64,000 nucleotides of DNA, from IMG/VR virus record IMGVR_UViG_3300042387_001967; one strand, written 5' to 3'. The translations under genes and the position numbers were made by a program. Of the stretch, positions 1-6,977 are shown piece by piece; position 1 is the stretch's first letter, and every line of letters starts with the position of its first letter. The notes beneath the pieces were generated by a model. It was given only the letters and a program-made list of their open reading frames with translations, made no database searches and was not told the DNA's origin. The stretch is from a virus.

Positions 1-1441
1 CCCGAATGTTCGCGGCCTCCGGGTCGGTGACTCCGATGTCCGGGTAGACATCCTTTCGGGGGATCTCGCGGTTTGCGGCGAGCTGCATGCGCAGCTGCAT
101 CCACTCGGCGTTGTATGCCACGACCGGACGCTTGAGTCGCACCTCCATCTCCTTCGATTCGAAGGCTCGCTGCACCGTGCGCGCGATAAATTTGAGCAGC
201 CCGTCGAGTTCTGCGTAGAGCCACTCATACTGCCGCTCGAACATGCGAATGGCATTCGGCAGCTGCTCCGGATTCAGCGTGCCACGGAATAATTCACGCG
301 GGAATCCAAGCCCGTCGAACAGCTGGTTGGTGTATGCCTCCACGACGTCATACAGCACCATGGCCTTGCCTCCGCCGTCGAAGGTCTGCATCTCGATCGG
401 GAACGGCACCGCGTGGATCGATGTGGCGTCCCTCCGGCGCGCGGCGATCATGTTCTGCATCTCCGAGCGCCAGCGCGACATCAGTGTGGTGAGCACGGCG
501 TCGCCGATGTTTCCACCGAAGTTCGGACTCAGCACTCTCGTCGGATGCAGGAATTCCTGCGCGACGGCGAAGTCCGCCTTCCGGTAAATCGCCAGTTGGT
601 AGAGCGCATCGTAGTGCATCAGCACTTCCGGCACTGCCCATCCGGAATCGGAGACTCCGCACGGCGTCGGCGATCGAAAATGATGCACCTCGCCCTTGCG
701 GAATCGATAGTCCTTGTTCTTCGAGATCGCCTCCAGCAGACCGCGCGGCGTGTTGTTGATCTCGTGCAGCTTGTTGTGCTTGACCCTGGCCTCCATGTCC
801 GGAGGAATCCGGTAGATGTATTCCGTCGTGTCCGCGTGGTGCGGCGAGTCCAGATCCACGTAGCGCGGGTCCAGGAAGATGATGGAGAAGCGGTCAGGCG
901 CAGCAGACGGCTTGTCGCGGAATTCCAACCTCACAGTCGGCAGATCGGCCATCTTGCGCTTTTGTTTCGGCAGCTTCGCCGCCGCTGCCATGTCCGGCAC
1001 CTCGTAAACCATATCGGACCAGTGATACTTCACCAAATGTTCCGGAAATATGTCCAACGAAATGGCGCGCTGGAGTCCGTCGCGGTTGTCGACGAGCCAG
1101 CGATCGAACGGCTCGACGCAGCGGACGAACGCCTGGCCGTAGATGGCCCACTCTGTGCCGGCCTTCTGCATCTTCGAGAAGATGCGCAGCGTTTCCGTCA
1201 GCAGCCGCTCCAGCTTCTTCTGTTCGTCCTTGTCGCCCGCGTCGACGAATTCGATCCCGGTGATGAAATAGGAAATTACCCGGTTGCATACTGCTCCGTA
1301 CAGACGGTTGGTCCGGTAGAGATAGAGACACAAGTCGAACGTGGACTTGATGTCGCTCGGGAATGAATCTGTCGACGGAAGCAGGAATGGATCTCCAAAC
1401 TTTTTGGAACCGTTCAGAAAGGAGTTGGAGATGACGGCCAT
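1..1441 (-). CDS. Putative phage portal protein (runs off the left edge)
   Basis: Frame read from ATG 1441 (MAVISNSFLNGSKKFGDPFLLP...FDLCLYLYRTNRLYGAVCNRVISYFITGIEF); also open at the left edge (...MQLAANREIPRKDVYPDIG); middle not fully translated. Absent from the ORF track because no stop lies in the window. N-terminal pattern resembles large-phage portals as I recall them. Confidence 0.55.
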   Translation of the reverse strand, partial: MAVISNSFLNGSKKFGDPFLLPSTDSFPSDIKSTFDLCLYLYRTNRLYGAVCNRVISYFITGIEFVDAGDKDEQKKLERLLTETLRIFSKMQKAGTEWAIYGQAFVRCVEPFDRWLVDNRDGLQRAISLDIFPEHLVKYHWSDMVYEVPDMAAAAKLPKQKRKMADLPTVRLEFRDKPSAAPDRFSIIFLDPRYVDLDSPHHADTTEYIYRIPPDMEARVKHNKLHEINNTPRGLLEAISKNKDYRFRKGEVHHFRSPTPCGVSDSGWAVPEVLMHYDALYQLAIYRKADFAVAQEFLHPTRVLSPNFGGNIGDAVLTTLMSRWRSEMQNMIAARRRDATSIHAVPFPIEMQTFDGGGKAMVLYDVVEAYTNQLFDGLGFPRELFRGTLNPEQLPNAIRMFERQYEWLYAELDGLLKFIARTVQRAFESKEMEVRLKRPVVAYNAEWMQLRMQLAANREIPRKDVYPDIGVTDPEAANIR

Positions 1442-1454
1442 CGGTTAAAGCGTG

Positions 1455-2261
1455 TCAGTTTGCGCGCGGACGATCGAAGTCCAGCCTGGCTGCCCCGGCG
1501 ACATTAGCGACGGATTTGCCGACCTCCGGGAACCGCGCGCTGGCGCTCTTCTCGCCCTCCGCAATGGGCTCGCCGGTTTCGTCGTCAACGCGATCGCTCG
1601 GTCGTCCGGAAACGACCGAAGGAACTCCGTCATGTAATACGCCTTGTTTTTCCACGCTGGCAGACTGAGGCAAAAAGCAGAGCAAGTCAATCCCAACCCC
1701 CGGATAAAGCTGCATCGGCGGCGCCAGGCACAGCACGCGCACGCGCGGGGAATCGCGGTGCTCCAGAAAGCTGATCTCCAGTTCAGATCCCGGGTGCGGC
1801 GCGAACATCGACTCCGAAGATCTCACCATGATCAGCAGCAGGTGCTTGACGCGATGCAGATGCATCGGCTCGGCGCTGCTCCACGCGACTGGTGATTTGA
1901 CGTCGCCAATCGGCGTGTGGAACACCAGCGTGAGTTTCTTCCTGGTGCGATCGCTCAGGCACTTGGCCACGGCCAGCAACTCGCTCTCTGCCTCGGTGCC
2001 GAGCAGTTGCACAAGCACCGGTGGTATGCGTATTCCCGCTTCGCGAACCGTGACAATGGGCGAGTCCGGAATGTCATACTCCGGCGTCGGGACCGCAGGA
2101 ATGCGAATTGTGGCCTGCTCGATTTCGTCCGCTTCGATGACCTCGCTCAGGTCTCCGCTGCGCATTCTCGCCACCAGCGCGTCGGTGGCGTCACCTGGGT
2201 TCGGGGGTCTGGATCCGGACTTCGCGCTCGAGTCCGGCGGCATGGTGGGTTGTGAGTGCAT
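1455..2261 (-). CDS. Hypothetical protein
   Basis: 268-aa ORF in operon-like arrangement just upstream of the portal-like gene; no family recognised. Confidence 0.6.
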   Translation of the reverse strand: MHSQPTMPPDSSAKSGSRPPNPGDATDALVARMRSGDLSEVIEADEIEQATIRIPAVPTPEYDIPDSPIVTVREAGIRIPPVLVQLLGTEAESELLAVAKCLSDRTRKKLTLVFHTPIGDVKSPVAWSSAEPMHLHRVKHLLLIMVRSSESMFAPHPGSELEISFLEHRDSPRVRVLCLAPPMQLYPGVGIDLLCFLPQSASVEKQGVLHDGVPSVVSGRPSDRVDDETGEPIAEGEKSASARFPEVGKSVANVAGAARLDFDRPRAN

Positions 2262-2907
2262 TGATTCTGGTAATGTGACGTTCGACTAGGTCGTAGGTCA
2301 TGGGTTGCTTGTCGATTCTGCCGTCTATTTTGTGGTGCCGGCTGACGAACATACGGCGCTGTCCATCTGCGCCCCGTTCCATCGTCGCGACGATTCGGTG
2401 CGGTGCGAATTTGTCAGCCAGCGGTATCAGCTCCGGGTGCTGCGTCAGGGAGACGTCCACGCTCGTCGGCCAGCCGGCGTCGTAGCGCAGCGTGAACCAG
2501 CCGCGTAGCCCGAACGCGTTGAACGCGAGAACGCAGATCGACAGCGCGCAATCGGTGGCCAGCTGCATCGCTTCCGAGAAAGTTGCCGCCGACGCCCATC
2601 CCACCATGGCCTCCACGCAGGTGCGCGTCACCCGCGCGGGTGCCACGCTGCTCAGCGGCTGGCCGACGACGTCGCAGATGCGCGCAGCCCGCCCGGTTCG
2701 CATCCGTCCGCGATACGGCTTGCTTTTGGAAAGCAGCCGCTTGGCAGTAATCTGCGAGCAGTTCAGCAGCTTCGCAACCGCAGCGCAGCGGTTCGGGAAG
2801 CCGTCGGCATACGAGGACAGGTATTGCATCAGCAGCGGAGTCGACTCCGCTGGCAGCAGACGGTTCTCCGCCCTGCCGATGACACCACCGGCCGGTCCCG
2901 CTGACAT
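2191..2907 (-). CDS. Hypothetical protein
   Basis: 238-aa ORF, abuts 2908-3090; no family recognised. Confidence 0.5.
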   Translation of the reverse strand: MSAGPAGGVIGRAENRLLPAESTPLLMQYLSSYADGFPNRCAAVAKLLNCSQITAKRLLSKSKPYRGRMRTGRAARICDVVGQPLSSVAPARVTRTCVEAMVGWASAATFSEAMQLATDCALSICVLAFNAFGLRGWFTLRYDAGWPTSVDVSLTQHPELIPLADKFAPHRIVATMERGADGQRRMFVSRHHKIDGRIDKQPMTYDLVERHITRINALTTHHAAGLEREVRIQTPEPR

Positions 2908-3090
2908 TTACTTCGAGCCCATGATAGTCTTGAAGAATCCGGACACGTTGCGCTCGCGCCGCGTGTCCTGCTTCACATAACTCGCATTCAGCGCGCTGCG
3001 GCGGGGCTCCGCAATGATCGCTGTGCTGTTGCCGTAACCTTGGTGGCGGGCGTTGCGGATCTGCTCTTGTGTGGGTTGGGATTGGCTCAT
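2908..3090 (-). CDS. Small hypothetical protein (60 aa)
   Basis: ATG 3090 (MSQSQPTQEQIRNARHQGY) fills the gap between 3095 and 2907. Confidence 0.5.
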   Translation of the reverse strand: MSQSQPTQEQIRNARHQGYGNSTAIIAEPRRSALNASYVKQDTRRERNVSGFFKTIMGSK

Positions 3091-3094
3091 GGAA

Positions 3095-4906
3095 TTAGTC
3101 GGGTAGTTTGAGGGTCTTCCCCCGCAGGTTGCTGGGGCTGACCCACTCCTTCTTACCCGTGCGCCGGTTGACGAGCAACTGATAAATTCGACCGTCAGAT
3201 CCGACACGTGCGCCGTGCGCCAGTCGGACGTCGATGCCGGCTTTTTCAGACTCCGGCCCCGCGATCGGATCCACGAAGCCGAACTGCGTGGCGCTGACTG
3301 CCGTCATGTCGTCCGTGATGGCATTCGGGTCGCCGATGCCGCCGGGTCCCATCTTGGTGATGCGACGCTTCTGCTCGAGGATGTGCATCGGGTTGATCTC
3401 CTCCAGCGCTGTGACCAGCGGATTGGACTTGAGGTAGCCCATCGTGTATCCGCCGAACGCGTCCGGGCCCACAGGGTCCAGGGTGCGCATGCGGCTCAGC
3501 CGTCCCATCATCGCGCGCAGGGCATGTCCGTGGTCGAGCTTGATGCGCTCGGCCATCAGGCGGTCCACCGTGTGGACGCGGTCGTTCGGCAGGCTGTCGC
3601 GGTCGTCCGTCTCAGCCAGGCCGCGGTTCACGGCCAGCAGCTTCTCGGTGGCAGCCAGCAGGCCGTCGATGCCCACCGGTGCATACTTCTCGTGCTCGTC
3701 GTCGTCCGCCAGGTAGCGGTGATGCGCCATGGGCGACTTCATCGGCGCTTTCGGCATCGGCTTCGGGACACCGATCGGGACGTAGGTCGATGCCGCCTTC
3801 GCAAACGCAGTCGGGCCATAATCCTGCGGATTGGCAAGCTGGTCCTCGTAAATGGGCACCTCACCCATCAATTGCCGAAGGGCGCGCGCCGTCACATTGC
3901 CGTGCAGCGCGTTATCCCGATGGGTCAGGTTGAACCGATCCGCCACCCACTTCCGACGATCGTCAGGCGTCTTGTCGAAATTCCTGATGAAGCCCTGCCG
4001 GGTGTTGAACGTCATGACGTCATCATCCACCATCTCCACCCGATGCAGCGGCTCATCCTCCTCTGGCTCGATCTCGGGATGTTCCAGCCCCTGCGCGACG
4101 AGGTAGGCGCGCAATTTCTCCAGTGCGACATCAGCGTGCTTGTCCTCCACCGATGCGTGCACATCCCCGGTGTGGGCGTCATTCACGGCCAGGCCCGAAG
4201 CTTGCAGCTCCTTGAGGATCGCGTGCCAGTTCTTCCGCAGCCCCACGCCCTGCAGCTTGTCGCCGGACAGCCGGAAAGTCTTCGCCATCTTTTCCATCGG
4301 AAACTCCAGATACTTCGGATCAATCTTCCCCGTCGGATGGATGATCTGGACGTGCGGCACGTCGCCGGCATACCGGCCGTGCCCGGGCTCGAAGTGCTTC
4401 CACAGTTCCTTCGGATTCTTCGCGCGCTCGATGAGCTGCTTGATCTCATCGATCTTCAGGTCGTGATGCCGCGCGGCAAGGATCGGCTCCTTCTCTTCGT
4501 CCGACATGGCGTCCCACTCCTCGTCGCTCAGATGTCCCCACAGCGACTTCCCTGGGGCCAGCTCGACGCCGTGCAGGCGCGTGTCTGGCGCGTCCCGCAG
4601 CAGGGCTTCGAGATCGATCCGCAGCGGCACAGACTTCCGCTGGTTCATCGGGTGCGTCGCGTCGCCCTTGATGCGGTCCGTGTCGGGCTGGCCGAAGAAT
4701 GCGGACGGGCCGGCGAACGACGCCTTCCACGGTTCCTCCTTCAGCTTCTTCTCCCGGAATGCCAGCCACTCGTCGGCCGCCTTGCCGGGGCGCGCGAGTT
4801 CCAGCAGGTGCCGGTTCTCCGGGCGCGCAAGGATGTCGCCGGACAGCAGCCCGTGCTCACGGACGGAGTCCAGCGTTTCTTCGGGGATGTAGGACAGGAG
4901 TTTCAT
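3095..4906 (-). CDS. Fusion protein: unknown N-terminal domain + acylphosphatase-like domain + RNA polymerase beta (RpoB)-like fork-loop fragment
   Basis: C-terminal ~200 aa: GLAETDDRDSLPNDRVHTVDRLMAE (cf. RpoB GEVDDIDHLGNRRIRSVGE), EEINPMHILEQKRRITKMGPGGI (cf. [23 protein letters not shown]), FGFVDPIAGPESEKAG (cf. YGRVCPIETPEGPNIG). Middle: SGDKLQGVGLR...GLAVNDAHTGDV (acylphosphatase GxVQGVGFR signature). Confidence 0.8.
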   Translation of the reverse strand: MKLLSYIPEETLDSVREHGLLSGDILARPENRHLLELARPGKAADEWLAFREKKLKEEPWKASFAGPSAFFGQPDTDRIKGDATHPMNQRKSVPLRIDLEALLRDAPDTRLHGVELAPGKSLWGHLSDEEWDAMSDEEKEPILAARHHDLKIDEIKQLIERAKNPKELWKHFEPGHGRYAGDVPHVQIIHPTGKIDPKYLEFPMEKMAKTFRLSGDKLQGVGLRKNWHAILKELQASGLAVNDAHTGDVHASVEDKHADVALEKLRAYLVAQGLEHPEIEPEEDEPLHRVEMVDDDVMTFNTRQGFIRNFDKTPDDRRKWVADRFNLTHRDNALHGNVTARALRQLMGEVPIYEDQLANPQDYGPTAFAKAASTYVPIGVPKPMPKAPMKSPMAHHRYLADDDEHEKYAPVGIDGLLAATEKLLAVNRGLAETDDRDSLPNDRVHTVDRLMAERIKLDHGHALRAMMGRLSRMRTLDPVGPDAFGGYTMGYLKSNPLVTALEEINPMHILEQKRRITKMGPGGIGDPNAITDDMTAVSATQFGFVDPIAGPESEKAGIDVRLAHGARVGSDGRIYQLLVNRRTGKKEWVSPSNLRGKTLKLPD

Positions 4907-5220
4907 AACGTCGCGCAGGTTGGTTGCGGCATGCTGCGTATCCAGACTGCCTCCACCCTGTGCTCGATCCCGCTCATGCCCAAAGGAGGGCGATGAGTAG
5001 TGACGTATTCAAGCGTTCCGCGCATGAGATCAGTCACCGCCTTGATTTGAGCATCGCACGTGTCTGACAATTCTTGCGTCAGAGTCCCGTCGCCGGGCAG
5101 AGAGATTACCATGAACCACATGTCTTCGTCCGCCGCCTTGCGTATCTCGAAAGGCAGAGCGAAAACTCCCAGCGCCTCATAGCCTCCATGTTGTGCTTGT
5201 GTCATTTGTGATTGTGTCAT
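4903..5220 (-). CDS. Hypothetical protein between the RpoB-like fragments
   Basis: 105 aa from ATG 5220; ATGA overlap with the start at 4906. Confidence 0.55.
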   Translation of the reverse strand: MTQSQMTQAQHGGYEALGVFALPFEIRKAADEDMWFMVISLPGDGTLTQELSDTCDAQIKAVTDLMRGTLEYVTTHRPPLGMSGIEHRVEAVWIRSMPQPTCATL

Positions 5221-5221
5221 T

Positions 5222-5449
5222 TTATTGTAGATCCTCCGGTTTGCTGTATCCCCCAAGTGAGCACTCAGACACGCGCTCCGTGCCAGGTATCTGCACTCGG
5301 TAATGACGCACCTGGAATCTTACATCATCCCGAGGTTGCCTAAGCCCGCACGTGAGCAAATTGATCACATCTTCTTCCTGATCCCTGGTAGGCGGGGCAG
5401 CAGACTCCGTCGTAATTTCCACCTCGAATTTGTGCGTGGTTGTCGTCAC
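5222..5449 (-). CDS. Small hypothetical protein between the RpoB-like fragments
   Basis: 75 aa; ATGA overlap with the stop of 5446-6933. Confidence 0.5.
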   Translation of the reverse strand: MTTTTHKFEVEITTESAAPPTRDQEEDVINLLTCGLRQPRDDVRFQVRHYRVQIPGTERVSECSLGGYSKPEDLQ

Positions 5450-6933
5450 GACAGATCCTCCGGTTTGATGTAGCCCTCCAGCGCCAGCGTCATCAGCTCC
5501 CCAGGTCCAGGGGTGCCGACCGCGTCAGCGCCGCGACCGCGCGCCAGCTTAGCCAGGCGTTCGCGCTCGGAGTCGTCGAAGTCGTGCCGCTGCATGTAGT
5601 GGCGGACATACTCCTTGCGCCGGTAGCCTTCCATCCCCTCCTTGAAGTCTTCCCGCTGCTTAGCGGGCAGCAGCTTCAGCGGGTCGATGCCCCAGTTGAC
5701 CAGGGCGAACGCGCGGCGTGGTGTCGGCTTGGCCTCGAACTGCGCGCCGGTCCGAGCCTTGAAACTTTTCCACCTGGCGATCTGCTTCTCGTCTGTCTCG
5801 CCGCGGCGACCGGTGTGGTAGTTCTCATACCACTGCAGCCAGCCCTGCTTGTCGGTGTCGTCCAGCCAGTGCTCCGGCCACGCGCGCATGGACGCAAGGC
5901 GCGGACCTTTGCCGCCGTAGATCGCGTTGTAGGACTCCTTGAGTTCGTCCGGCGTGAAGTCCGGGGAGAACGCTGCGCGCTTGGTCAGCGGCACGTCGAA
6001 CGATTCCCACTGTCCCCAGATCTGTTCGGGCGTGAAGTCAGGATCGAACGGGACGGCTGCCGCCTTGGTCATGCGGTCGGCTGCGTCGATCGCGGTCCCC
6101 GCCATCCTCCAGCTTGCCGCCTTCTCGTGGCTGTAGAGGTTCGGCAGGTTCTGCTTGAGAATCGACTCCGCCACCTGGGCGCGGTCCAGCGCCGCCCGGA
6201 TGTCCTTCACGCGGTCCTCTGGCGCACGCGCGGGGTCGCGCTCCCACTTTGGGATCACCTTGTTGTACACGCGGTCCAGTGTATGCCTCGAATACTTCGC
6301 CCGGTTGGCTTCGAGAATCTCCGGCCCCCACCGACGCGCGAGCTCCTCGTCCGTCACCCCGAGGTCCTTGAACACCGAGTAGGCGTGCAGGTCCGACGAT
6401 CCCACCTTGAGACGATACTGCGCCGTGCGCGGGTCGAACGACACCCGCAGGGCCGAGCCGGTGCCGGGGCGCACGTTCAGATGCGTCTCGAGCTCGCCAT
6501 TGTCCCGGCGTCGCGTGTAGGCCCCAGGCAGCAGGCGCGACTGCATGGCTGGGGCATACTCGGATCCGTTCTCGATGAACGTCCCGCGCTCCGTCAGGTA
6601 AGGCACTCGGGCCAGCGTCACATTCTTGCGCTCGTCGAGCACCTCGTTGGTCACGTCGTCCACGAGCCGCATCGTTCCGCGCAGCCGGCGCACGAGCGAC
6701 TTGTCGTCCAGCAGCGCCTCGCGTTGCTCGGCTTTGGTGAACCTCGCCGGACCGACATGCTTCATGTCTTTCAGCTCCAGCCGGACTCCGCCGTAGGCGT
6801 AGCCGTTGACGTAGCGCTGCATGGACTGCATCACAGAGGTATCGATCGCCTCCCGCGTGGCGTCGGAATCTTCCGGGTCGCGCAGCGTGACGCCTTCTGG
6901 CGGCTCAGGGATGTCGGAGGATGGATTCGGCAC
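5446..6933 (-). CDS. Fusion protein: RpoB-like N-terminal fragment + C-terminal GWLQWY...GRR...QIARW domain
   Basis: LRGTMRLVD...[31 protein letters not shown] matches RpoB [49 protein letters not shown] matches ATIILRALNYTTEQI. Confidence 0.8.
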   Translation of the reverse strand: [495 protein letters not shown]

Positions 6934-6977
6934 GTACAGCTTTTACCGCAGTCTGTCACTCGTTGCAATCCGTTACA

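Noticed and set aside
243-1366. Plus-strand ORFs 243-587 and 413-1366, and minus ORFs 348-662 and 894-1331
   Set aside because: Shadows of the unlisted portal-like frame that starts at 1441.
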